A stretch of DNA of 64,000 nucleotides from Clostridiales bacterium (GCA_022800625.1 JAAWQR010000004.1:24678-88677), one strand, 5' to 3'. Shown: positions 10,101-19,932, counted from the stretch's first letter. Notes: generated from the sequence alone by a model not told the origin. Program-made: numbers and translations.

Positions 10101-11587
10101 AAAGAATTAAACTTATCCAGAATTTCGCCGTTTTTCATAATAACAGCGCCGATTTCCGTGATTTTGTTATATGTGGCTGACAAGCCTGTAGTTTCAATAT
10201 CGAACACAACAAACTCATCGTCAAAGGTTACCTCTTCGCCTTTATAAGCCGCGCGCAAAGTATCGTCAACGAAATATGCTTCTACTCCGTAAAGAATCTT
10301 GATCTTACCGCCGAGCTTTTCAGCCGTCAGCATCGCCGTCGGAAAGCTCTGCAAGTTACCGTGGTCTGTTATCGCAATCGCTTCGTGTCCCCATCTTGCC
10401 GCAGTTTTGACAACTTCATCCGCCTTAGTTATTGCGTCCATTGCAGACATGCAGGTATGAAGATGAAGTTCTACGCGCTTTTCGGGAGCATTGTCTTCAC
10501 GCCTTATGCGCTTGATCTCTGAGACGTCAGTATACTGCATGAAAAGCTCGCCGTCAAAGTTATCTCTCTTGATATTTCCGCGCAAAACATATGATTTCCC
10601 GACAGAAAAAGCATCCATGATCTCAGATGCGCTCTCTGCCGCGACCGTAGTTTTTATAAAAAGCGACGCGTCCTTATCGGTAATGCCCACAGTAATGCTT
10701 ATTTTGTCACCGCGGCGAGTCTCACGCGAGCTTATCTCAAATACCTCGCCGATTATCGTAATATTTCTGACGGTATCGGATACGGCTCTCAGAGGAATTA
10801 TGTTTTCGGGAGCAAATTCACGTCCGAGAACTGCCGTCGGGGAGGAAATATCGAATTTCATCCTGCCCGAAGAAACGACAGTACCGCTCTCATCATACGA
10901 AGATTCATCAGAGCCTTCAAAAATCGAGCTGACGTGCCTGAGATTGGGATTCTGCGGCTCTGAGGGAGCAGATTCCTTTGAAGCCTCAGCGGCTCTCGTT
11001 GCAATTCTCCTCTCCTCTGCCTGTGCAATATCACGGCTTCTGCTGTTCAGCTCCGAAAGCTTTTCTCTCATGTATTCGGCGTCTCTTTCAAGCGCATCTT
11101 CGGTTTTTTCTATGTGAACGTCATATTTTTCCCCGAATTCGCTCATAAGAATGTTTGAGATCACAGCAGCGCTCTTTGCGGTATCGAGCAGGTCTATGCC
11201 GCCTTGGCAAAAAGGGATTGCGATCTCTATTCTGTGATCGCCGAAGGTCGTTTTCATATTGGTAAAAAATCCGTTGATAACAGTACCGACTCGCGCCGCC
11301 TCCGTCAATATTTCAGACAGATAATCGGGACTGAATTTATCAGACGGATATTTTGTAAGAATTCTGACGCACGACAGCTCATAAGTACGGCACAAAGCCT
11401 CCTCTAGAGAATAAATGTCGCGTTTCGGATAAAGCTGCGGCAAAGATATGTGAAGCTCAAGTATTTTATTTTCACGGTCAAGTCTCATAGAATCTATGAG
11501 AGCCTCATCGAATATTTTTTTATACACGCCGGTGGGTTCAAAACGCCCGAAGCGCTTATACATCGTATTTTTCGATTCCGAAGTCAT
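7157..11587 (-). CDS. polC: DNA polymerase III alpha, PolC type
   Basis: PHP ELHLHT..S.MDA, exonuclease VVFDIETTG, GSRGSVG, catalytic PDIDLNF, YMFPKAHAAAY. Confidence 0.98.
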   Translation of the reverse strand: MTSESKNTMYKRFGRFEPTGVYKKIFDEALIDSMRLDRENKILELHISLPQLYPKRDIYSLEEALCRTYELSCVRILTKYPSDKFSPDYLSEILTEAARVGTVINGFFTNMKTTFGDHRIEIAIPFCQGGIDLLDTAKSAAVISNILMSEFGEKYDVHIEKTEDALERDAEYMREKLSELNSRSRDIAQAEERRIATRAAEASKESAPSEPQNPNLRHVSSIFEGSDESSYDESGTVVSSGRMKFDISSPTAVLGREFAPENIIPLRAVSDTVRNITIIGEVFEISSRETRRGDKISITVGITDKDASLFIKTTVAAESASEIMDAFSVGKSYVLRGNIKRDNFDGELFMQYTDVSEIKRIRREDNAPEKRVELHLHTCMSAMDAITKADEVVKTAARWGHEAIAITDHGNLQSFPTAMLTAEKLGGKIKILYGVEAYFVDDTLRAAYKGEEVTFDDEFVVFDIETTGLSATYNKITEIGAVIMKNGEILDKFNSFVNPGVPIPEKIVRLTGITDDMVADAPDISEVLPKFFEFCGKRMLVAHNAAFDIGFIRFNAEACGLPFENPYLDTVAMSHYVNPNAKNHKLDTLAELYRLGDFNHHRASDDAEMLALIFDKMSSRMKEEGIYDISRMNYVMSEKADPLKLRTYHQIIIAKNQTGLKNLYKLVSDSYLKYYRRHPRIPKTRLSELREGLIIGSACEAGELFRAILDNKPEDEILEIASFYDYLEIQPIVNNEFLVAQGKAADIEALKDMNRRIIEIGRKIDKPVVATCDAHYLDPEDEIYRRILLSGMKFKDADHETKLYFRTTEEMLAEFDYLGEETAREVVIENPKKIADMVEVIRPIPEGNYPPHIDGAEEELTEKCHALAREMYGDPLPEQVSSRLERELGSIIKNGFAIMYIIARKLVENSEEKGYQVGSRGSVGSSFAATMAGITKVNPLPPHYRCLKCKYSDFDSFKEEQPGVKSGFDLKEKNCPHCGEPMYRDGHDIPFETFLGFYGDKTPDIDLNFSGDVQGDAHKFTEVLFGSGKAFKAGTIGTLASKTAYGFTAHYLEEKGISVNRAEMERLIAGCVGVKRTTGQHPGGIIVVPAEYEVYDFCPIQHPADDPNSDIVTTHFEFKYLHDTILKLDILGHDIPTKYKRLEEYSGTNILDVPMSDPKVYKLFTSTEPLGVTSQQINSETGTLGLPEMGTRFIRGVLMDARPENFADLLQISGLTHGTGVWLGNADELIKSGTCTIKDVIGCRDDIMLYLIQNHDLEKSLAFKIMEDVRKGKGLKPEYEAEMREHGVPDWYIDSCKKIKYMFPKAHAAAYVMDALRLAWYKVYYPVVFYAAYFTAAPSGFDAEVVMKGKEYVSETIKNLSRPGADISQKEADMLDALNLVNEYYQRGFSFLPVDFRSSDAHKYVPEDGKIRLPFDSLPGVGSAAAESIVNARENCDIFSIDDLKRESGMSKSVQEILERNNALAGMSRTNQLSMF

Positions 11588-11607
11588 AGTGATACTCTCG
11601 CTTCCCG

Positions 11608-12681
11608 TTATTGCTTTACAAATTCCTTAATATTTTCAACAAGCGTGTGAATTATATTATTTTCCTCAACTCTGCCGCACGGCTCGCCTTTTCTGAACAG
11701 CACGCCGAATCCGTCGCCGCCGGCTATTCCGAAATCGGCTTCTCTTGCCTCTCCCGGACCGTTTACAACACAGCCCATTACGGCAACATTTACATTTTTT
11801 CCGTGCGTGTCGATATTCGCCGCCGCATCTTTAAGCTGTGATACAAGCAAAATTATATTTACCTTTGTTCTGCCGCATGTCGGGCAGGAAATAATATTTA
11901 CCCCGCCGCGATTCCACATGCCTGCGCTTTTCAGTATCTCTTTTCCCGCCTTGACTTCCTCACACGGATCGGCAGTCAGTGAAACACGGATCGTGTCGCC
12001 GATACCACGCATCAAAAGCGATCCGATTCCGACAGAATTTTTGACAAGTCCGCTGTATGAATCTCCCGCTTCGGTAACGCCGAGATGAAGGGGATACGAA
12101 CTGTTTTCAGCTACCGACTCGCAAGCTGCGATCATTTTACCCACATCCGAAGATTTGATAGAGATAACGATATCGGAAAAACCGACGCTTTCAAGCACGT
12201 CAGCCTGGCGGAGAGCCGATTCGGCAATAGCTTCAGCACAAGGTGAGCCGTATTTTTCAAGAAGAGATTTTTCGAGAGAGCCGCCGTTTACGCCGATCCT
12301 TATCGGAATTCCTGCGGCGCGGCAGGCGTCTGCAACCTCACGTACACGCGCCTTATCTCCGATATTTCCGGGATTTATGCGAATTTTATCAGCTCCGTGC
12401 CTCACTGAGGCAAGCGCTATCTTATAATCAAAATGAATATCTGCAACAAGAGGCACTTCAGCTCCGTGCTCTCTTGCATATGTAAATATCTCAGCACAGT
12501 TTTCATTCGGAACAGCGACTCTTACAATATCGCAGCCGGCTTTCTCAAGCATTTTTATCTGATTTGTAACAGCCTCAAAATTTTCCGACGGAACATTCGT
12601 CATTGACTGTACGGATATAGGTGCTCCGCCGCCGATCATCACTCCGCCGACCGACACGGAGCGCGTCTTTCTTCTTTCCAT
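11608..12681 (-). CDS. ispG: HMBPP synthase (MEP pathway)
   Basis: ISVQSMTN, ADIHFDY, RINPGNIG, CPTCGRT and GCVVNGPGEA Fe-S motifs. Confidence 0.97.
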   Translation of the reverse strand: MERRKTRSVSVGGVMIGGGAPISVQSMTNVPSENFEAVTNQIKMLEKAGCDIVRVAVPNENCAEIFTYAREHGAEVPLVADIHFDYKIALASVRHGADKIRINPGNIGDKARVREVADACRAAGIPIRIGVNGGSLEKSLLEKYGSPCAEAIAESALRQADVLESVGFSDIVISIKSSDVGKMIAACESVAENSSYPLHLGVTEAGDSYSGLVKNSVGIGSLLMRGIGDTIRVSLTADPCEEVKAGKEILKSAGMWNRGGVNIISCPTCGRTKVNIILLVSQLKDAAANIDTHGKNVNVAVMGCVVNGPGEAREADFGIAGGDGFGVLFRKGEPCGRVEENNIIHTLVENIKEFVKQ

Positions 12682-12736
12682 TGTTGTGCTCCTGATTTGT
12701 GTTATTTGCTGCTTTTATGTGCTTGACTGATTTGTG

Positions 12737-13780
12737 TTATCCGAACAGGCTGAAAATATCTTTGAAAGTAACAAGCACCAATATTATCATAAGCGCGGCA
12801 AGTCCTGCAAAATGGATATAACCTTCTACCTTCACCGAAACAGGCTTCCGTCTGATAAGCTCGATTACTTGAAAAACTATCCTTCCTCCGTCAAGAGCCG
12901 GAAGCGGCAGAAGATTCATAACACCGAGATTTATGCTGATAAATACCGCAAGGTATAAAAATTGACCGAAATCCTGCCCTGCGGCTTCGCCGAGTGCCTG
13001 CGTAACTCCGACAGGCCCCGAAACACTGTCAACGCTGTAGCGTCCGCTTATCAAATCATAAACAGAATCATATATCATTTTTATGCTTGAAAAAGACCGT
13101 GTTACTGCATGCTTTGCAGTATTTCCGAAAGTTTTAGCTTCTTCTGCAAAGTAAAAATCGCGAAGTCCGAACTCTGCGCCTTCTTCACTGATCGTCCTGA
13201 ATGATACATTGTCAACTTTTATTTTTTCACCGTTTCTCACAAGAACAATATCAACAGGTTCAATTCCGCGTCGCATTATTTCATAATTCACATCGTTTGC
13301 CGTATAAACTCTCGCACCGTCGATTGAAATAATTCTGTCGCCTATCGCAAGTCCCTGCTCGCTTGACTGAACGTACTCGCCGTTTTTCGGAACAAATGCG
13401 GAGATCTCTGTTGAATACAGTTTATCGGAAGATGCAACGATGACAGCCATAGCAATAAGTCCGACTGTGATATTAACAAGCGCTCCTGCGGCTGTTATAA
13501 TTATCCTTTGCCAGACAGGCTTTTTATAGAATGCGTTTTCATCATCGCTTTCATCATTTTCTCCCGCCATAGAAACAAAACCGCCGAACGGCAGAAGCCT
13601 CAGCGAATATGCGATTCCTGTTTTTTTCGATGTATGCGACACAAGCTTCGGTCCCATACCGATCGCAAACTCATTTATCTTTACCGAAAATATCCGCGCA
13701 AAGATGTAGTGACCGCCTTCATGAATAAAAACAAGCAGTCCGAATATCAAAATTGCAAGAAGTATATAAAGTATTTTGAT
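12737..13780 (-). CDS. rseP: RIP/site-2 metalloprotease RseP (RasP); start probably a non-canonical ATC at 13780
   Basis: HEGGH zinc motif, PDZ region, NLLPLPALDGG; see finding for the start codon. Confidence 0.93.
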   Translation of the reverse strand: MKILYILLAILIFGLLVFIHEGGHYIFARIFSVKINEFAIGMGPKLVSHTSKKTGIAYSLRLLPFGGFVSMAGENDESDDENAFYKKPVWQRIIITAAGALVNITVGLIAMAVIVASSDKLYSTEISAFVPKNGEYVQSSEQGLAIGDRIISIDGARVYTANDVNYEIMRRGIEPVDIVLVRNGEKIKVDNVSFRTISEEGAEFGLRDFYFAEEAKTFGNTAKHAVTRSFSSIKMIYDSVYDLISGRYSVDSVSGPVGVTQALGEAAGQDFGQFLYLAVFISINLGVMNLLPLPALDGGRIVFQVIELIRRKPVSVKVEGYIHFAGLAALMIILVLVTFKDIFSLFG

Positions 13781-13810
13781 GGTGATCCCTTCTCTCTTAA
13801 AAGCTATCTG

Positions 13811-15016
13811 TCAGTTTCGGCGCCAGCCCGTGATCTCCCCGATAATTGTTTCAGCCTTTTCTCCGGCTTCCCTCACAGCTTCATATATCTGCTCTATGCT
13901 GTCAGAGTTTCGGCTCTGAATCCTGTCAAGAGCTGTCGAAACTACATAAGATATCTCACCGAAGCTGATTTTTCCGCTGAGATACGCCGCCACCGCCGCC
14001 TCGTCGGCTGAGATAAGCGCGGCAGGCGTTGTTCCGCCTTCCTTTATCGCATCATATGCTGCGCCAAGCAGAGGAAAGGCTTCAAAATCAGGCTTGCCGA
14101 AAGTCAGCGATGACAGAGACGTAAAATCAAGGCTTCCGTAACTGCATTCCGCTCTTTCGGGATATGACAGGGCATATCTGATGCAGGAGCGCATATCGGG
14201 AGATGCAAGCTGTGCAAGTACAGTATTATCAATATACTCAACCATAGAGTGAATTATGCTTTGTCTGTGAACAAGAACTTCAATTTTGTCGGGAGCCACA
14301 CAAAACAGCCGTACCGCTTCCATTACTTCAAAGCCTTTGTTCATAAGCGTTGCGCTGTCAACTGTAATCTTCACCCCCATCTTCCATGTCGGATGTGAAA
14401 GTGTCCGTGAGGGCGGCATATCCTTCATTTCATCAAAGGTCATACCGTAAAACGGTCCTCCCGACGCTGTAAGCAAAATCCGTCTGACACTGTCGGACGC
14501 CGCCGAGACGCCGCCCGCTCTCATACACTGAAAGATCGCGCTGTGCTCGCTGTCAACGGGAATCAGCATGCCTCCTGAGCGCTCCAGCCGTTCGCGAATC
14601 ATATCTCCCGCCGCAATTATAGCTTCTTTGTTTGCCATTGCAAGGCGCACTCCCGCATCGGCTGCGGCAAGCGCATATCTTGTTCCGTCAAGTCCTGCTA
14701 TCGAATGGACGACTGTATTTTGGCCGCTTTTATTTTTAAGCGAAATTATTGCTTTTTCCAGCGCGTCTGCACCGTATATTATATCAAATTTTCCATCGGT
14801 CAATCTTTGCAGCTCTGCCGCCGTATCAGAATCCGCAACAGACAGTACACGCGGATTCAGACGTTTTGCCTGCTTCGCAAGAAGCGCCGCATTACGTCCT
14901 GCCGCGAGTATGTCGATCTTTACCCCAAGCTCCTCGCACACACAAACAGCCTGCTCTCCGACAGAACCTGTACTTCCGAGTATTGACACATTTATTTTAC
15001 TGTAATCCATGCTCAT
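13811..15016 (-). CDS. dxr: 1-deoxy-D-xylulose 5-phosphate reductoisomerase
   Basis: GSTGSVG, ANKEA, PVDSEHSAIFQC, HPTWKMG.KITVDSATLMNKG.E. Confidence 0.97.
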   Translation of the reverse strand: MSMDYSKINVSILGSTGSVGEQAVCVCEELGVKIDILAAGRNAALLAKQAKRLNPRVLSVADSDTAAELQRLTDGKFDIIYGADALEKAIISLKNKSGQNTVVHSIAGLDGTRYALAAADAGVRLAMANKEAIIAAGDMIRERLERSGGMLIPVDSEHSAIFQCMRAGGVSAASDSVRRILLTASGGPFYGMTFDEMKDMPPSRTLSHPTWKMGVKITVDSATLMNKGFEVMEAVRLFCVAPDKIEVLVHRQSIIHSMVEYIDNTVLAQLASPDMRSCIRYALSYPERAECSYGSLDFTSLSSLTFGKPDFEAFPLLGAAYDAIKEGGTTPAALISADEAAVAAYLSGKISFGEISYVVSTALDRIQSRNSDSIEQIYEAVREAGEKAETIIGEITGWRRN

Positions 15017-15077
15017 AAATCAGTCTCAAATTTCTATAGTATAAAGTAATGTACCTTTTCCGTTACATTGAAATTTA

Positions 15078-15911
15078 TCAAAATAAGGAAATAAATTCAG
15101 ACAGCTCCGCTACAATGAGAAGCAGCGGCGCTGTAATCAGAACACTGTCAAAACGATCCATTACTCCGCCGTGTCCCGGGAATAGCTTTCCGTAATCCTT
15201 GATACTGTATTTTCTTTTTATCAGCGACGCGATGAGATCGCCGATCTGAGATATCGCCGACACGCACACACCGATAACAAACAGAATAAGATAAGACGGC
15301 TTCACGGAAGTTATAAAAAATCTTGAAATTATAAATCCGTACAGGGAAAATGCAATTCCGCAGAACACAACTCCTCCGAGCGCGCCTTCAACTGTCTTTT
15401 TGGGACTTACATCGGGTATGAGCTTATGTCTGCCGAAAGCTCTGCCGCAGAAATATGCCGCAGAATCGCTAATCCAAGGTCCGAGGAAAGCAAGAAGATA
15501 CAGGATATGCCCGTGAACAGTATCCCTTATCAGTACAAGCGAGGTAAACGCTGAAATTATGTAAAAAACCATCGTAAATGTCATAGCAGTATGAGAAACA
15601 TCAAGCTTTCCGTGTGAAAATACCGATAATGCAAGTAAAAATACAAGATAAAAGAATACTGCCGCACAAAACGGTGATAAAAATTCCGAAGTGCTGCCAG
15701 CAAAGCGAGCATAAACAGGCGAAAGTACCGCTAAAATCATCGAAACAGCTCTGACACTGAGCTTTTTTTCATCTATACAGCGAAGCATCTCGATGACTCC
15801 GACAAGTGAGAGAAACGCCACTGCTATCGGAAAAGCCCATGTGTTTGAGTATATAAGTATCGGAATAAACGCGACAAGCGCAACTATTGCCGTAATAATT
15901 CTTGTAAGCAT
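15078..15911 (-). CDS. cdsA: Phosphatidate cytidylyltransferase
   Basis: SDSAAYFCG, SPKKTVEG, GDL.AS.IKR...IKDYG..PGHGG.MDRFDS; exact start uncertain (15911/15920/15941). Confidence 0.95.
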   Translation of the reverse strand: MLTRIITAIVALVAFIPILIYSNTWAFPIAVAFLSLVGVIEMLRCIDEKKLSVRAVSMILAVLSPVYARFAGSTSEFLSPFCAAVFFYLVFLLALSVFSHGKLDVSHTAMTFTMVFYIISAFTSLVLIRDTVHGHILYLLAFLGPWISDSAAYFCGRAFGRHKLIPDVSPKKTVEGALGGVVFCGIAFSLYGFIISRFFITSVKPSYLILFVIGVCVSAISQIGDLIASLIKRKYSIKDYGKLFPGHGGVMDRFDSVLITAPLLLIVAELSEFISLF

Positions 15912-16003
15912 AAGGGACATTATCCTTTCAACTCTGCGCATATGCGCGTATTTTTATTATGCGCTGTCTATATCAGTCGATATTATCTGAAATCAGTCTT
16001 AAT

Positions 16004-16747
16004 TTACTTCTCCGCCTTTTCAGATTTATCAAGACCTCCGAAGCGGCGATGTCTTCCCGAAAAAGCAATAACCGCCTCATCTACGTCTCCTGTAGAGTAA
16101 GCCGGCCAAAGCTTCTCCGAAAAATAAAGCTCGGAATATGCCGACTGCCACATGAGGAAATTCGATATTCTGTATTCTCCGCCCGTCCGCACGATAAGGT
16201 CGGGTTCCGGGCAGTCATATGTATAAAGTCTGCTTGAAATATCCTCTTCGCAAAGCTCCCGCTTTCCGTTGGCTATCGCAGAGTTTGCCGCACTTATTAT
16301 TTCAGCGCGTCCGCCGTAGTTAAGTGCAATATTGAGCCTGTACTCCCGTCCGCGCGTATATTCTTCAAGTACGTCTATTTTCTGAGCTATCTCCTCGGGG
16401 ATCTTACCGATATCTCCTATAAAGCGGTATTCAACATTAGTTTCCTCGCGAGCTTCCTCCATGTATCCGTCGAGAAGATTCATGATAGCGTTTACTTCTC
16501 TTGCAGGACGTTTCCAATTCTCAGTCGAAAAAGCATAAACCGTCACATATTTTATACCGATTTTTTTGCAGTATCTTACTATGGTTTTGAAGTTAGAAGC
16601 CCCTGCGCTGTGCCCTGCTTCGCGCGGAAGAGAACGTTTTTTTGCCCATCTTCCGTTGCCGTCCATGATAAAAGCAATATGACGAAGTCCGCTTTCAGAT
16701 ACGAGAGAGGGTATATTAATATTTTGTTTTTTTCTTTTGCCAAACAT
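16004..16747 (-). CDS. uppS: Undecaprenyl pyrophosphate synthase
   Basis: HIAFIMDGNGRWA, YAFSTENWKRP, DLIVRTGGEYRISNFLMWQ; start taken as MFGKR at 16747. Confidence 0.96.
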   Translation of the reverse strand: MFGKRKKQNINIPSLVSESGLRHIAFIMDGNGRWAKKRSLPREAGHSAGASNFKTIVRYCKKIGIKYVTVYAFSTENWKRPAREVNAIMNLLDGYMEEAREETNVEYRFIGDIGKIPEEIAQKIDVLEEYTRGREYRLNIALNYGGRAEIISAANSAIANGKRELCEEDISSRLYTYDCPEPDLIVRTGGEYRISNFLMWQSAYSELYFSEKLWPAYSTGDVDEAVIAFSGRHRRFGGLDKSEKAEK

Positions 16748-16810
16748 AAAACAAGTACGGCGCCCGACTGCGCCAAAGGACGCTGTCGGACGCAATCTCC
16801 GTCGTTAAAT

Positions 16811-17371
16811 TTATATGGACATTATCTCGTCTTCTTTTGCTGTTGTTATCTTTTCAATTTTGTCAATATGCTTATCTGTAATATCCTGAATATTCTTTTC
16901 CGACTGCTTCAGCTCATCCTCTGTCATCTCGCCGTTCTTCTTCATATCCTTAGCCGCGTCAACAGCCTCGCGCCTGATGTTACGGATAGAAACCTTAGCG
17001 TCCTCGCCCATCTTGGACACCTGCTTTTTAAGTTCGCGGCGGCGCTCCTCGGTCAGCGGCGGGAAAGAAAGTCTGAGAGCTTTTCCGTCATTCTGAGGAT
17101 TTATACCGATATTTGATGTTAGTATAGCCTTTTCAATTCCCTTGAGGGTTGTAGCGTCCCACGGAAGAATCATAAGAGTTTTCGGATCAGTAACCTTGAT
17201 CTCAGCCATTTGATTGATTGGAGTTTCAACACCGTAGTAATCAACATTTATACCTGCAAGAACAGCGGCATTGGCTCTTCCGACCCTGATTGTCGCGAGA
17301 GATTCCTCATAAACATCTATGGATTTGCTCATTTTTCTTTCAAATTCTTTTGTATCAAGCTTCATTTTCAT
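16811..17371 (-). CDS. frr: Ribosome recycling factor
   Basis: IRVGRAN, DYYG..TP, NPQNDG, PPLTEERR, IRNIRR. Confidence 0.97.
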   Translation of the reverse strand: MKMKLDTKEFERKMSKSIDVYEESLATIRVGRANAAVLAGINVDYYGVETPINQMAEIKVTDPKTLMILPWDATTLKGIEKAILTSNIGINPQNDGKALRLSFPPLTEERRRELKKQVSKMGEDAKVSIRNIRREAVDAAKDMKKNGEMTEDELKQSEKNIQDITDKHIDKIEKITTAKEDEIMSI

Positions 17372-17454
17372 ACTCCGTTCCGCGGCTTCACCGCTGTTAT
17401 TTTATGTATTTAGATTTTGAAAACAGTCTCCGACTGTGTATTTACTTCTCTCTT

Positions 17455-18207
17455 TCAGTACGTCTCGCTCGGAATATCCTGAGCCGTTACAAGCGTACCT
17501 ATATTATTGCCTGTAATTGCAAGCTTTATCGAATTCTTTTCGCGAAGCGGAAATACAAGAGTATCTATCCCTCTCTCCATGGCAATGGCAGAGGCTGACG
17601 CATCGGTCGCCTTAAGTCCTGCGTCAAGGCATGACTTGTATGAGATTACCTTATATCTTACCGCCGATTTATCTACAGCGGGATCTGCCGAGTATACACC
17701 GTCTATATTCTTAGCCATAAGGATAATGTCTGCGTCGATCTCAAGAGCACGGACAACGCCTGCCGTATCTGTTGAAATATACGGTATTCCCGCACCGCAG
17801 GCAAAAATCACAGGTCTTCCCTCTTTTATGTAAGCGATCGCCTTTTCATAGTTAAAGCTTTCCGCAAAATCCGTCATGCTTACAGCACTCATAACAACTG
17901 CGTCTATTCCGCATTTTTGAAGAGCGTCCTGCATTCTGAGACAGTTGATCGTCGTTGCGAGCATTCCCATATGGTCGGCTTTAGCGCGATTTACTCCCTG
18001 TCCGAACTTTCCTCTCCAAATATTGCCAGCGCCGATCATAATTCCGAATCCGACGCCCATATCACAGCATTTCTTGATTGATGATGCAATATCCGATATC
18101 ATTTCGGGATCAAAGATTTCCTTGATTTCACCCGTTTGGGAATCTTTCTTCGCCAGCGCTTCACCGGAAAGCTTCAGAAATACTCTTTTATATTTTATAT
18201 CTTCCAT
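17455..18207 (-). CDS. pyrH: UMP kinase
   Basis: LKLSGEAL, GAGNIWRG, ADHMGMLAT.IN, STDTAG. Confidence 0.95.
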   Translation of the reverse strand: MEDIKYKRVFLKLSGEALAKKDSQTGEIKEIFDPEMISDIASSIKKCCDMGVGFGIMIGAGNIWRGKFGQGVNRAKADHMGMLATTINCLRMQDALQKCGIDAVVMSAVSMTDFAESFNYEKAIAYIKEGRPVIFACGAGIPYISTDTAGVVRALEIDADIILMAKNIDGVYSADPAVDKSAVRYKVISYKSCLDAGLKATDASASAIAMERGIDTLVFPLREKNSIKLAITGNNIGTLVTAQDIPSETY

Positions 18208-18297
18208 AACAAATATATGTTTCCTTTCAAGCCCGGATACTTTTATCCGCAGTTATATTTTACATGATAATCGAGTTTTTGTAAATACCGATTTTAC

Positions 18298-18723
18298 TTA
18301 ATCCTTTGTTTTACTGTCGAAGGCGGGAGTATATTCTTCTTCGGCATCGACTCTCTTAAGCTTTCCGTTAAGAGCAAAGCGAAGTGCCGTAAAGACGATA
18401 TAGAGCGCCATAAAAGCAACCGTCCCGATCAGTATTGAGGACGGATCGTTATAATACTGTCCTCCGAGCATAAATATCAGCAAAAATCCGGTAACGCATA
18501 CCGCAAAATGAACTGCAACGGTAAAAACATTCGGTCCCCTCTTATCAAACAGTCTTTCAGCAGCCGCAATCACAAAGGACATACCGAGCACGATCCACAT
18601 TATCCTGAAGCTGGGTATCCACTTCCCGTCTCCGACAATATATCCTATAATATAGAGCGCGGTTATTACCACAGTATATATCGCACACCCCTGAGCGAGT
18701 ATTTTTTTTATCAGTTTTTTCAT
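18298..18723 (-). CDS. Four-TM hypothetical membrane protein (DUF3021-like topology, uncertain)
   Basis: 141 aa, four hydrophobic segments, GGAG RBS; family assignment is tentative. Confidence 0.55.
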   Translation of the reverse strand: MKKLIKKILAQGCAIYTVVITALYIIGYIVGDGKWIPSFRIMWIVLGMSFVIAAAERLFDKRGPNVFTVAVHFAVCVTGFLLIFMLGGQYYNDPSSILIGTVAFMALYIVFTALRFALNGKLKRVDAEEEYTPAFDSKTKD

Positions 18724-18760
18724 ATGTAAGCTCCGATCATCTCACGCTGCAACTTAGCTT

Positions 18761-19659
18761 TTATAGTTTCAATAAATTTCTGTCAATATAGTCTAAAAAT
18801 GGTTTCTTATTTACCAACTCAGAATGAGTTAAATACCAATCTAATGACTCCCTCAGTCCTACTTTAAGTGACTCCGTTTTCGGCATAAGTTTCTTTTGGC
18901 AGCTAACATCAAGATAGTAATCATAGTTATAAAAACTAAAATAATTACGCTGCTCAATACCATCATATATATTTACAAAATCAACTGTTTTTCTACAACA
19001 TCATAGCACAGTTCAACCCATTCCCTTGCAGTAACAATTTCCTCATTACCTACGTTAAATACTTTTTGTTCAGGATGCTTTTCAATAAGTATGTCCATAA
19101 ATATGCAAAGATCATAAACATGAAAAACTGTAATTTTAATTTCCCATCTCTCGGAATACAAAACCTACGTTTCTGCATCGCACTTTCAAACACAAAGCTC
19201 TCACGATAAACGTTATTCATGGGACCATAAAAATACGGAGGGCGTAGAATATAGGCACTTGGAATTTTCTTTTGCAGTGCAAGCTCTGCATTAACTTTGC
19301 CAATTCCATAGCTACCCCATATTTTATTTTCACCAATAATAGATTTTTCTGTAAACGGCTGCACGCAATATCCCGGATACACAGAGCTGGAGCTTATCAT
19401 TATGTAATCGTCAAAATCTCCTAATCCGTCAACTTATATCATCTGCATTATATGCTGTAACGTCAAAAACAACATCAAAATGATGTGCCTTCAGTAGATC
19501 TCCTAAATTTCTTCTATTTGCTTCAATAAAAGTAACGCCCTCACTTTGAGGTCTTGTATTTCTGTTAAGTACATAAACATCATACCCCTTTTTAACGTAG
19601 TACTCAGCAACATATCTGCTGACAAAAACCGTACCGCCTGTAACAAGTACCTTTTTCAT
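18761..19659 (-). pseudogene. NAD-dependent epimerase/dehydratase, broken by three frameshifts, AT-rich
   Basis: Fragments join: MKKVLVTGGTVFVSRY.. / ..DDYIMISSSSVYP..YGIGKVNAE..LRPPYFYG.. / FHVYDLC..VFNVGN.. / VNIYDGIEQRNYFSFY..DRNLLKL-stop. Confidence 0.85.
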
Positions 19660-19932
19660 TTCTATCTCTCTATAAAACACATTTATTATAATGTGTTAAT
19701 AAAATACGATAAAACGAACTTTATTGGAATATGAGATACGCTACCATATTATTGATTATTTTAAATAATCAATAAGCCTGCATAACCAGAGCATACAGGC
19801 TTATAAAATTACATTTACTTACGTTATAATTTTTAAGTTACTCTCTGTTCCCTTTTATTTTATCATATAACGGAAGTTTTTGCAATACTGAGCCGAGAGG
19901 TAAACTGTAAATTTATAAAAATCCTCTGTACG

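Noticed and set aside
7157-11587. Intein or intron in polC
   Set aside because: 1476 aa is near normal PolC length, the frame is continuous and I saw no splicing or LAGLIDADG motifs.
15017-15999. 10-mer aaatcagtct at 15017 and 15990 in two spacers of the MEP operon
   Set aside because: Short, not palindromic and in different positions relative to start codons; compatible with chance.
18761-19659. Programmed frameshifting restoring the epimerase
   Set aside because: Three independent lesions, one a multi-nucleotide deletion; no slippery heptamer with stimulator seen.
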